Positions 30,374-38,678 of a DNA stretch of 64,000 nucleotides are shown one piece after another. The stretch is from assembly GCA_964538685.1 (NCBI GenBank), contig CAZIFD010000001.1, forward strand, positions 13,221 to 77,220, in the 5' to 3' direction. The DNA comes from an uncultured Bdellovibrionales bacterium. GTDB taxonomy: Bacteria > Patescibacteriota > Minisyncoccia > Moranbacterales > UBA2206. The stretch's first letter is position 1; the number at the start of each line of letters is the position of its first letter. The notes under the pieces were generated by a model. That model was not told the origin of the DNA. It did no database searches and saw only the letters and a program-made list of their open reading frames with translations. The translations under genes and the position numbers were made by a program.

Positions 30374-30841
30374 ATGCCAAGAAGAAAAAGAGTTTTTGAC
30401 AAGCACATCAAACCGGATCCTCGTTATGGTAATTTGTTGGTGGGAAAATTTGTCGGCAACATTATGCTTAACGGGAAAAGAACTGTAGCTGAAAATATAG
30501 TTTATGAAGCTTTTGATATTATTCACGAAAGAACTAAAAAGGGCGGATTGAATATTTTTGAACAAGCAATTAAAAATGTTTCTCCATTAGTAGAGCTTAA
30601 ATCCAAGCGAGTGGGTGGAGCTAATTATCAAGTTCCGGTTCCGGTAGCAGGAGAAAGAAGAATCACTTTAGCTATTCGTTGGATAAAATCAGCTTCCAAA
30701 TCCAAAAAAGGGAAAAAGATGGCAGAAAAATTGGCCGATGAGTTGATTGATGCGTCTAATAAAATTGGGGTTGCGATGAAAAAACGGGATGATGTTCACC
30801 GAATGGCCGAGGCTAACAAAGCTTTTGCTCATTTTGCGTAA
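30374..30841 (+). CDS. rpsG: 30S ribosomal protein S7
   Basis: MPRRKRVFDKHIKPDPRYGNLLVGKFVGNIMLNGKRTVAENIVYEAF. Confidence 0.9.
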   Translation: MPRRKRVFDKHIKPDPRYGNLLVGKFVGNIMLNGKRTVAENIVYEAFDIIHERTKKGGLNIFEQAIKNVSPLVELKSKRVGGANYQVPVPVAGERRITLAIRWIKSASKSKKGKKMAEKLADELIDASNKIGVAMKKRDDVHRMAEANKAFAHFA

Positions 30842-30870
30842 TTGATTTATAAATTATAAATATTCACTTT

Positions 30871-30973
30871 TGTCATCCCTGCGAATCTGCCGGTCGGCGG
30901 AGGGGATCTAGTGTAAAAACTTTAGAATATACAACTAGATTCCCGATCGGATCGGGAATGACACCTATAAATT
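30871..30973 (+). repeat. two copies (opposite orientation) of a dispersed GC-rich palindromic element family (tgtcat(t)ccc... / ...gggaatgaca) in the rpsG-fusA spacer
   Basis: tgtcatccctgcgaatctgccggtcggcggaggggatc (30871-30910) and gattcccgatcggatcgggaatgaca (30948-30973). Related copies are at 28596-28621, 53916-53942 and 54329-54354. Confidence 0.6.
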
Positions 30974-30975
30974 AT

Positions 30976-33066
30976 ATGCCCAGACAAACTCCTATTGAAA
31001 AATTAAGAAACATCGGAATTATTGCTCATATTGATGCCGGAAAAACCACAACTACCGAGCGCATTTTGTTTTATACCGGAATTACTCACAAAATCGGGGA
31101 AGTACACGAAGGAGAAGCAACAATGGACTGGATGGAGCAAGAACGGGAACGGGGAATTACCATTACTTCAGCGGCGACAACTTGCTATTGGAAAGATCAT
31201 CAAATTAATATTATTGATACTCCGGGACATGTTGATTTTACGGTTGAAGTGGAAAGATCTCTCCGAGTTCTTGATGGCGGAGTGGTTGTTTTTGATGGAA
31301 AAGAAGGAGTAGAACCACAATCAGAAACTGTTTGGAGACAAGCGGACAAATATAATGTTCCAAGAATTTGTTTTATTAATAAAATTGATAAAGAAGGAGC
31401 AGATTTTTTCAATGCGCTTTCTACTATTTGGAACAGATTGACTCCTAATGCGGTAGCTTTGCAAATTCCAATTGGAGAAAGAGGTGATTTTGAAGGAGTG
31501 GTAGATTTGATGACAATGAAAGCCTATACTTTTGACGGAAAAATGGGAGAAATTGTTATTGAGGGAGAAATTCCAGCGGAACTTATGGACAAAGCCAAAG
31601 AATATCGGGATAAAATGGTAGAAAAAATTGCCGAGAATGATGATTCTTTGGTGGAAAAATATTTGAACGGTGAGGAAATCAGCGTTTCGGAACTGAAAGA
31701 TGCTCTTCGCAGAGAAGTCTTGGCGGTTTCAGTCATCCCGGTTTTTACTGGAACAGCTCTCAGAAATAAAGGAGTTCAATTAGTGCTGGATGCTGTGGTG
31801 GACTATTTGCCATCGCCTTTGGATGTTCCTGCTATCAAGGCTACCGATCCAAAAGACGAGTCCAAAGAAATACCGATTATTCCCAATGACGAAGCTCCTT
31901 TTTCTGCTTTGGCGTTCAAGGTGGCAACAGATCCTTTTGTGGGACAATTGACTTTTTTTAGAGTTTACAGTGGAGTATTGAAAGCCGGTTCTTATGTTCT
32001 CAATTCAAGTAAAGGTGAAAAAGAAAGAATTGGTAGAATTCTCAGAATGCATTCAAATCACAGAGAGGAAATTGACGAAATTTATTCCGGAGGAATTGGC
32101 GCCTTGGTTGGACTCAAAGGAACTTCAACCGGAGACACTCTTTGTGATCAAGAACATCCAATACTTTTGGAGTCAATCACTTTTCCTGAGCCGGTTATTT
32201 CTATTGCTATTGAACCCAAAACTAAAGCCGATCAGGAGAAAATGGGCTTGGCACTTCGCAAGTTGGCTGAAGAAGATCCGACTTTTAGAGTGCACACTGA
32301 CGAAGAAAGCGGTCAAACCATTATTGAAGGAATGGGAGAACTCCATTTGGATATTATTGTTGACCGAATGAAAAGAGAATTTAAGGTTGAAGCTAATATT
32401 GGTCAGCCACAAGTAGCTTATCGGGAGACAATTAAAACCGAAGCTCAGGCGGAAGGTAAATACATTAAACAATCCGGAGGTCGGGGACAATACGGACACT
32501 GTTGGGTTAAAATTGAGCCACAGGAACCAGGGAAAGGTTTTGAATTTGTGGATGAAATTAAAGGTGGGGTCATTCCTCAGGAATATATTCAACCGATTCA
32601 CAAAGGTATTAAGGATGCGATGGACAACGGAGTTTTGGCTGGGTATCCTTTGGTTGATATCAAAGCGACAGTTTATGATGGGTCATTTCATGATGTTGAC
32701 TCTTCAGAAGCCGCTTTCCGAATTGCCGGATCAATGGCGCTCAAAGAAGCAGTGAGACGCGCTAATCCAATAATTCTTGAGCCAGTTATGAAAGTTAGTG
32801 TAACCACACCAGAACAATTTATGGGTGATATTGTGGGAGATTTGAATTCCAAACGAGGAATTATCAAAGAAATGAATGATCGTGGTGAAGGTAATGCGGT
32901 GGTTAAAGAAATTGATGCTGAGGTGCCACTGTCTTCAATGTTTGGTTATGCTACCGAGCTTCGTTCAATGTCGCAAGGTCGTGCCAATTATTCCATGGAA
33001 TTTGATCACTATGCCGAAGTTCCGAAGAATGTGGCGGAAGAAATAGTTAGTGGAGGCAAGAAATAG
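30976..33066 (+). CDS. fusA: elongation factor G
   Basis: [43 protein letters not shown], full five-domain length. Confidence 0.9.
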   Translation: MPRQTPIEKLRNIGIIAHIDAGKTTTTERILFYTGITHKIGEVHEGEATMDWMEQERERGITITSAATTCYWKDHQINIIDTPGHVDFTVEVERSLRVLDGGVVVFDGKEGVEPQSETVWRQADKYNVPRICFINKIDKEGADFFNALSTIWNRLTPNAVALQIPIGERGDFEGVVDLMTMKAYTFDGKMGEIVIEGEIPAELMDKAKEYRDKMVEKIAENDDSLVEKYLNGEEISVSELKDALRREVLAVSVIPVFTGTALRNKGVQLVLDAVVDYLPSPLDVPAIKATDPKDESKEIPIIPNDEAPFSALAFKVATDPFVGQLTFFRVYSGVLKAGSYVLNSSKGEKERIGRILRMHSNHREEIDEIYSGGIGALVGLKGTSTGDTLCDQEHPILLESITFPEPVISIAIEPKTKADQEKMGLALRKLAEEDPTFRVHTDEESGQTIIEGMGELHLDIIVDRMKREFKVEANIGQPQVAYRETIKTEAQAEGKYIKQSGGRGQYGHCWVKIEPQEPGKGFEFVDEIKGGVIPQEYIQPIHKGIKDAMDNGVLAGYPLVDIKATVYDGSFHDVDSSEAAFRIAGSMALKEAVRRANPIILEPVMKVSVTTPEQFMGDIVGDLNSKRGIIKEMNDRGEGNAVVKEIDAEVPLSSMFGYATELRSMSQGRANYSMEFDHYAEVPKNVAEEIVSGGKK

Positions 33067-33210
33067 GTTTTAAATAATGAATTGATTAGGGGTAAAGTTA
33101 GATTTTGCTTGAAGTATTGCTATTTGTTTTTTTGACAATTTTTTAGTTTTATGATTGAATAGCGAGTTCTCGGATCTCTAAAATATCCAACTGGCAACTG
33201 GAGGATTGAA

Positions 33211-33702
33211 ATGAGGATAATTAGGCCGAATGGTTTTGTTGTGTCCAGTCCTACACTGGTGCAACTTTGTTACATTGGGGAAGATGGGCGACTCAAATAT
33301 AACTACATGGGAAATAGTGAATTTGAGTGGGGGGTTATTCCAGAAACTCTCAAACAAATATTTAACCTTGGCCTGGACAAGGCAGAAATAAGGATAGATA
33401 TTGATGAAAAAGAATTAACGGTATACTTAGTTTTTTGGAAGGGTTTCCCTTTCAATGGCTATATCGGGCATATTAAAGATATGGCTACTGGAAAGAGCAG
33501 GCATGTTGAGCCAATCTTTTTCAACAGAGCGGTGCAAAACATGCTCTATCCAAATCAATCTCAACAAATAATACCAGATAAAATAGACATCTGGTTTGAC
33601 ATAAAGAATGGAGTCATGTTTATGCTTTCTAAATTAAATCAAAGGAATTGCATAAAAAACTTATATGCGATTCAGAAAGCGTGGGAAACACAAAAAAAAT
33701 AA
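33211..33702 (+). CDS. hypothetical protein (163 aa)
   Basis: ORF followed by the strong terminator tccccggggcgttaaaacgcttccgggga + T-run. No family recognised. Confidence 0.45.
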   Translation: MRIIRPNGFVVSSPTLVQLCYIGEDGRLKYNYMGNSEFEWGVIPETLKQIFNLGLDKAEIRIDIDEKELTVYLVFWKGFPFNGYIGHIKDMATGKSRHVEPIFFNRAVQNMLYPNQSQQIIPDKIDIWFDIKNGVMFMLSKLNQRNCIKNLYAIQKAWETQKK

Positions 33703-33770
33703 AATTAGCAACAAAAGTCCCCGGGGCGTTAAAACGCTTCCGGGGATTTAATTTTTTTCAAAACCATTTA

Positions 33771-34055
33771 TTATTTCTTGTCTTTCTTTTTGGCCTTCAC
33801 TGCTTTTTTCTTTTCCGTCTTGGATTTAATCTTGGTAATTTTTTTCTTCTCTTTAGCTTTTTCAGCCAATTTTTTGAATCGGTCAACTCTTCCTGTTGTG
33901 TCAATAACTTTCTTTTTTCCGGTAAAAAATGGATGGCAAGCACTGCAAATTTCAATTTTCATATCTTCCACAGTGGATCCGGTTTCAATTACATTGCCAC
34001 AAGCGCAAGTTATTTTAGCCTTGTTGAAATACTTTGGGTGGATGTCTTTTTTCAT
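33771..34055 (-). CDS. rpmE: 50S ribosomal protein L31 with Lys-rich C-terminal extension
   Basis: MKKDIHPKY...CACG...[11 protein letters not shown]. Confidence 0.85.
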   Translation of the reverse strand: MKKDIHPKYFNKAKITCACGNVIETGSTVEDMKIEICSACHPFFTGKKKVIDTTGRVDRFKKLAEKAKEKKKITKIKSKTEKKKAVKAKKKDKK

Positions 34056-34288
34056 ACAAATTAATTAAATTCTAAAAATGTTAAATTTTGGATGGAAATC
34101 TTTTAACCTAACCAATCTAGCACAAAGGCGACAAATTGACAAGGGGAGAGCTAACTGCTATATTGTCTAGGTAATAAAACACATACTTTTTGGGTTTTGT
34201 CCTGTCCCGAACCTCGGGATTTATAAGCCAAATAAACAAAAAGTAGCGGTCTGCCCGAAAGGCGGAATAATTAAATTAAGGAAAAAAT

Positions 34289-35089
34289 ATGCAAGACAGT
34301 CAGAAGGTTGTCAAAAAACAGCCGGATCAAAAAATTGCTCCCAAAAAATCGGAAAAAGATGTTTTCGCCGATTTTGATTTTGGGGGATTGGAAGTGGACA
34401 TAAATGCTATGTTCAAAAGCGGAGTCTATTTTGGACATCAAAAATCCAGAAAGAATCCCAAAATGAACGAGTATATTTATGGAACCAGAAACGGAATTAA
34501 TATTATTGATCTCCAAAAAACAGCTGAGAAAATTAAGGAAGCGCAAGAATTTGTAAAAAAAATAGTTTCTGAAGGTCAGAATATTGTTTTTGTAGGAACG
34601 AAAAAACAAGCTAAAAATATTATCAAATCCGCTGCCCAAATTTGCGAAATGCCTTATGTTGTTGACAGATGGCTGGGCGGAACTTTTACTAATTTTTCTT
34701 CCATTTCCAAAAGAACTCGTTATCTCAAGGAAACTTGGGAAAAAATAGAAAAAGGGGAAATGGGAAAATATACCAAATTTGAGCAGATGAAAAAAAGAGA
34801 AGAGTTGGAGAAGTTGGAAGAAAAAATGGGAGGCATCAAAAATGTATCCAAACTTCCGGGAGCAATTTTTGTAACCGGAGTGATGGAAGATAGGTTGGCT
34901 ATTAAGGAAGCAATAAAAATGAAAGTTCCAATTATCGGATTAGTGGACACTAATGTTAATCCGGAAAATATTGACTATCCGATTCCGGCCAATGAAGACG
35001 CAGTTTCTTCTTTGAAACTTTTAGTAGCCTATATCACCAAAGCTGTTTTGGAAGGCAAAAAAACAGCTTCGGTTGTCGTAAAAAAATAA
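34289..35089 (+). CDS. rpsB: 30S ribosomal protein S2 (with ~40-aa N-terminal extension)
   Basis: SGVYFGHQKSRKNPKMNEYIYGTRNGINIIDLQKT ... VDTNVNPENIDYPIPANEDAVSS. Confidence 0.85.
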   Translation: MQDSQKVVKKQPDQKIAPKKSEKDVFADFDFGGLEVDINAMFKSGVYFGHQKSRKNPKMNEYIYGTRNGINIIDLQKTAEKIKEAQEFVKKIVSEGQNIVFVGTKKQAKNIIKSAAQICEMPYVVDRWLGGTFTNFSSISKRTRYLKETWEKIEKGEMGKYTKFEQMKKREELEKLEEKMGGIKNVSKLPGAIFVTGVMEDRLAIKEAIKMKVPIIGLVDTNVNPENIDYPIPANEDAVSSLKLLVAYITKAVLEGKKTASVVVKK

Positions 35090-35110
35090 ATAAGTAATAA
35101 GTTCAGAAAA

Positions 35111-35695
35111 ATGAGCAACTTAGAGCAAATAAAAAAATTAAGAGAAAGAACCGGTGCTGGAATTGTTGATGTCAAGAAGGCGTTGGAAGAAGCGTCCGGA
35201 GATGAAAACAAGGCGATTGATCTTCTTAGAAAAAGAGGTCAAGAAAAGGCACTCAAAAAATCCGATCGCGAAGCCAAAGAAGGGATTGTTTCCGCCTATA
35301 TTCATTCCAACAACAAAGTGGGCGCTATGGTCAAGCTTTTTTGCGAAACTGATTTTGTAGCTAAGAATGATGAGTTTAGAGCTTTGGGTCAGGACATCGC
35401 TATGCACATAACGGCAATGAATCCTCAATATCTAAGTCCGGAAAATGTGCCGGAAGAAATAGTTGAAAAAGAAAAAGAATTTTGGCTGGAAGAATTCAAG
35501 GATGGAAAAAAACCGGAAGACATTGTAGCGAAGATTTTAGAAGGAAAAGAGAAAAAATTCAGAGAAGAAATTTCTCTTTTGACTCAGTCTTTTGTCAAAA
35601 ATCCAGAGCAAAAAATAGGTGAATTGATTGCGGAAAAAATCGGAAAAATAGGAGAAAATATTCAGGTCGGAGAATTTACTAGATTTGAGTTGTAA
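35111..35695 (+). CDS. tsf: elongation factor Ts
   Basis: IKKLRERTGAGIVDVKKALEEASGDENKAIDLLRKRG (UBA-like N-terminus). Confidence 0.85.
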   Translation: MSNLEQIKKLRERTGAGIVDVKKALEEASGDENKAIDLLRKRGQEKALKKSDREAKEGIVSAYIHSNNKVGAMVKLFCETDFVAKNDEFRALGQDIAMHITAMNPQYLSPENVPEEIVEKEKEFWLEEFKDGKKPEDIVAKILEGKEKKFREEISLLTQSFVKNPEQKIGELIAEKIGKIGENIQVGEFTRFEL

Positions 35696-35716
35696 TTTCA
35701 AAAGTAATCCCTCATT

Positions 35717-36496
35717 ATGCAAAAATTTTTAGTCAGCGTTTATTCTTGGGAAAATCCCAGAGTGTATGAGAGCGACGCGGAGATTTCTTCGGGGGAGAAA
35801 GTGGTGGTGGCTTCGGAATTTTCCAATGAAATTGGAACAGTGGAAAAAAAAATAGAGAAAGAAACAGATGTTTTGTCTCAAGGAAATATTCTCAGAGTCG
35901 CCACATCAAGAGACAAGGAAGTTTTTGATGATTATGAAATTCAAAAAGAGGAAGCATTGAATTCTTGCAGACAAAAAGCCAAGGATTTGGGGTTGGAAAT
36001 AAAGCTCATTGATTCTAGAATTAGTTTGGATGGCCGGCAGATTTTGTTTGCTTTTACAGCAGAAGGAAGAGTTGATTTTCGCGAACTGGTTCGTTCTCTT
36101 TCCCGTGATTTAAGAAAAACCGTACGGATGCAACAAATTGGTTCCAGAGATGAAGCCAGAAAATTGGGAGGATATGGAATTTGCGGACGGGAGTTGTGTT
36201 GTGTTAATTTTCCGGGAAGTATTCAGAGCATTACGACTGATATGGCTAGGATGCAACAGATATCTCACCGGGGAGCGGAAAGAATATCCGGACTTTGTGG
36301 CAGGTTGATGTGTTGTTTGAGTTATGAAGCCGAACAGTATAAAAAAATGCTTGAAGGAATGCCTGAAATTTACAGCATAGTCAAAACCAAAGACGGTTCG
36401 GGAACAGTTATTGAAATTAATGCTGTCAAGCAGGAAATTAAAGTTAAATTGGAAAGCGGAAAATATGTTAATATTAAAAAAGAAGATTTAAAATAG
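35717..36496 (+). CDS. PSP1 C-terminal domain protein (YaaT/RicT-like)
   Basis: ICGRELCCVNFPGSIQSITTDMARMQQI...GLCGRLMCCLSYE Cys-rich PSP1 signature. Confidence 0.7.
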   Translation: MQKFLVSVYSWENPRVYESDAEISSGEKVVVASEFSNEIGTVEKKIEKETDVLSQGNILRVATSRDKEVFDDYEIQKEEALNSCRQKAKDLGLEIKLIDSRISLDGRQILFAFTAEGRVDFRELVRSLSRDLRKTVRMQQIGSRDEARKLGGYGICGRELCCVNFPGSIQSITTDMARMQQISHRGAERISGLCGRLMCCLSYEAEQYKKMLEGMPEIYSIVKTKDGSGTVIEINAVKQEIKVKLESGKYVNIKKEDLK

Positions 36497-36499
36497 ACT

Positions 36500-37174
36500 A
36501 TGTTTTATTCAATCTTGCCTCCAATTTTAGTGGTTTTGAGCCTCGTCGGTGTGATCATTTTTCTTTTCAAGAGAGCTTCCAAGGTAGCTTCTTTGAGAGA
36601 AGAAAAAGGTTTCTCGCTAGAGAGTCAAAATCAAAAAAGCGGATTCTTCGGAAGAATAGTTTTGTTTTTCAAATGTTCGCTTTGTCCAAAGATTGGCAAA
36701 TGGTTTGGATTATTTTTGGAAAAAATAGCCGAAAAAACCAAAAAAGCCTCATCTAAGTTGAGTGGAAGAATAACTGATGTTAGAACAAAGCGGGGAGTTG
36801 AAGAAAAGGATGAAGTTTTGGATAAAGTAAAAAAATATGATCTGAAAATTTTTTCCAGAAGAAAAAGAAATAAAGAAGAACTGATTGAATTGGAAAAAGA
36901 AGAAAAAGAAATCCGGCCAATGATAAGTGAGACAGTAGTTTCTCCAAGAAGCAAATCGGAAATCAAAGATATGCTGGAAGATGTTTTAATTGAAAGAATA
37001 GCTGTCAATCCAAAGGATGTGGAAGCCTATGAACGACTGGGCGAATATTATATAGAAATTGGAAATTATGAGCATGCCAAGGAATGCGTGAAGCAAGTAA
37101 TAAAACTTAGCCCAAGAAATAAGGATGCCAAGAACAAATTACGGCGCTTGGAAAGAATTATTTATGGACAATAA
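36500..37174 (+). CDS. membrane-anchored protein with C-terminal TPR-like helix pair
   Basis: N-terminal TM ILPPILVVLSLVGVIIFLF. C-terminal AYERLGEYYIEIGNYEHAKECVKQVIKLSPRNKDAKNKL. Confidence 0.45.
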   Translation: MFYSILPPILVVLSLVGVIIFLFKRASKVASLREEKGFSLESQNQKSGFFGRIVLFFKCSLCPKIGKWFGLFLEKIAEKTKKASSKLSGRITDVRTKRGVEEKDEVLDKVKKYDLKIFSRRKRNKEELIELEKEEKEIRPMISETVVSPRSKSEIKDMLEDVLIERIAVNPKDVEAYERLGEYYIEIGNYEHAKECVKQVIKLSPRNKDAKNKLRRLERIIYGQ

Positions 37175-37230
37175 TTTCTGTTGCTCTGACTTTTGCTCAA
37201 GGCCAAAGCAATAAACAATAGTTCATTATT

Positions 37231-37302
37231 GCCGCCCTAGCTCAATGGCAGAGCAACTGTTTTGTAAACAGTAGGTTATCAGTTCAACTCTGATGGGCGG
37301 CT
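37231..37302 (+). tRNA. tRNA-Thr (anticodon TGT)
   Basis: Acceptor gccgccc/gggcggc, anticodon stem actgt/acagt, loop tttgtaa. CCA not encoded. Confidence 0.8.
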
Positions 37303-37367
37303 CAGGATTTTGGAATATAATAGAATACAAGTAGGGCGCGACAAAAAACAATTGAATAAAAAATTAT

Positions 37368-37450
37368 GGGTCGGTGGCAGAGTGGTCAATTGCACCTGAC
37401 TGTAAATCAGGCGACTTCGGTCTACGGCGGTTCAAATCCGTCCCGGCCCA
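37368..37450 (+). tRNA. tRNA-Tyr (anticodon GTA), long variable arm
   Basis: Anticodon loop ctgtaaa, long extra arm cgacttcggtct, T-loop ttcaaat. Confidence 0.75.
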
Positions 37451-37467
37451 CCCCATATTTTGGAACT

Positions 37468-37540
<73 letters not shown>

Positions 37541-37572
37541 CAGGAACGATAATTATAATTCAAATTAATTTT

Positions 37573-37728
37573 ATGACACGAGAAAATCTAGCCAAAATGA
37601 AATGCGAAGTTTGCAAGAGTATAAATTATTACTCAACTCGCAACAAGAAAAAAATCAAAGAAAAATTGGAGATGAAAAAACATTGTCCCAAATGTGGCAA
37701 GCACACCATTCACAAAGAAATGAAATAA
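37573..37728 (+). CDS. rpmG: 50S ribosomal protein L33
   Basis: MTRENLAKMKCEVCKSINYYSTRNKKKIKEKLEMKKHCPKCGKHTIHKEMK (CxxC...CxxC zinc ribbon). Confidence 0.8.
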   Translation: MTRENLAKMKCEVCKSINYYSTRNKKKIKEKLEMKKHCPKCGKHTIHKEMK

Positions 37729-37787
37729 ATTATTTTTTTGCCTCCCCTTTCTAAGGGGAGGATTTCGGATGAATTAAAAATAAAAAA

Positions 37788-37858
37788 GCGGGGTTCGTAC
37801 AGTGGTAGTACGGGAGTCTCCAAAACTTCTGACGTAGGTTCGATTCCTACACCCCGTG
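37788..37858 (+). tRNA. tRNA-Trp (anticodon CCA)
   Basis: D-arm gtac-agtggta-gtac, anticodon stem ggagt/acttc, loop ctccaaa, T-arm gtagg-ttcgatt-cctac. Confidence 0.75.
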
Positions 37859-37954
37859 CATTGTGGAAACGGCCACTTATTGAGAGGCTGTTTTTGTTTG
37901 GGAAAAAGTTGTTGGATTAATAAAAAAAGCTTTTTAAGCGCAGGATATATTAAA

Positions 37955-37986
37955 ATTCCATTTTGGCATATTACAAATTGGAATAT
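37955..37986 (+). promoter_or_regulatory. C-box-like inverted repeat ATTCCATTTTG-N9-CAAATTGGAAT immediately upstream of the controller-protein gene
   Basis: attccattttggcatattacaaattggaat; arms are 10/11 complementary. It ends 14 bp before the ATG at 38000. Confidence 0.55.
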
Positions 37987-37999
37987 ATCATATATACAT

Positions 38000-38221
38000 A
38001 TGAAAAAAGATATTTATTCCAGCGGTCATAAATTTTTAGCACAGCAATTAAAGATAGCGCGTGAAGCGTCGGGTTTTGATCAAAAAAAGGTTGCTGAACT
38101 TTTAGACAAAACGCAGTCTTATGTTTCAAAAATTGAGACAGGTCAGCGCCGAATTGATGTGATTCAGTTGCAGGGATTTGCGAAGATTTATAAAAAGAAG
38201 ATAGAATTTTTTATTAAATAA
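38000..38221 (+). CDS. XRE-family HTH protein, R-M controller (C) protein-like, 73 aa
   Basis: LAQQLKIAREASGFDQKKVAELLDKTQSYVSKIETGQRRIDVIQLQGFAKIY. It is the internal start of tool ORF 37856-38221, whose upstream part overlaps tRNA-Trp. Confidence 0.65.
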   Translation: MKKDIYSSGHKFLAQQLKIAREASGFDQKKVAELLDKTQSYVSKIETGQRRIDVIQLQGFAKIYKKKIEFFIK

Positions 38222-38231
38222 ATTAAAATTT

Positions 38232-38678
38232 ATGTGGGCAAAAAACTTAACAGGTATTAATGATGGAATTTTTAGAACTATTAATGGCAACTCCGATGAG
38301 ATGATTGGGGTGGGGAGATGTATGAAGGCGGGATTTCCTTGTTCACGTGCCGATGTAACCAATGGAAGATATGATGCTATTATTGATGTGGGAAATAATA
38401 AACTTCTCAGGGTGCAAATAAAAGGCACATCTGGCGGTAGTGTTAGTTTTACTGGAGGAGGCAGAAGTGGAAAGCAGATTAGCAGGGAAGTCAAACAAAG
38501 AACTTATAAATATTCTCCGAATGATTGTGATATAATTTTAGTTGTTGATGGCAGAAGCGGAGAGTGTTATATTATTCCAATTGAGGATGTTCAAAAAATG
38601 AGCGTTTCTAATTCGCTGGAAAAATTAAAAGCTTATAGGGAGAATTGGGATTTGCTTAAAAAATTGGCTGGAGTTTAA
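38232..38678 (+). CDS. candidate restriction endonuclease (small PD-(D/E)xK-like protein) convergent with the m5C methyltransferase
   Basis: 148 aa; RYDAIIDVGNNKLLRVQIKGTSGG...CDIILVVDGRSGECYIIP is compatible with a D...(E/Q)xK nuclease core. Placement C-gene -> this ORF -> <- MTase with a 4-bp 3' overlap. The assignment comes from context. Confidence 0.35.
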   Translation: MWAKNLTGINDGIFRTINGNSDEMIGVGRCMKAGFPCSRADVTNGRYDAIIDVGNNKLLRVQIKGTSGGSVSFTGGGRSGKQISREVKQRTYKYSPNDCDIILVVDGRSGECYIIPIEDVQKMSVSNSLEKLKAYRENWDLLKKLAGV

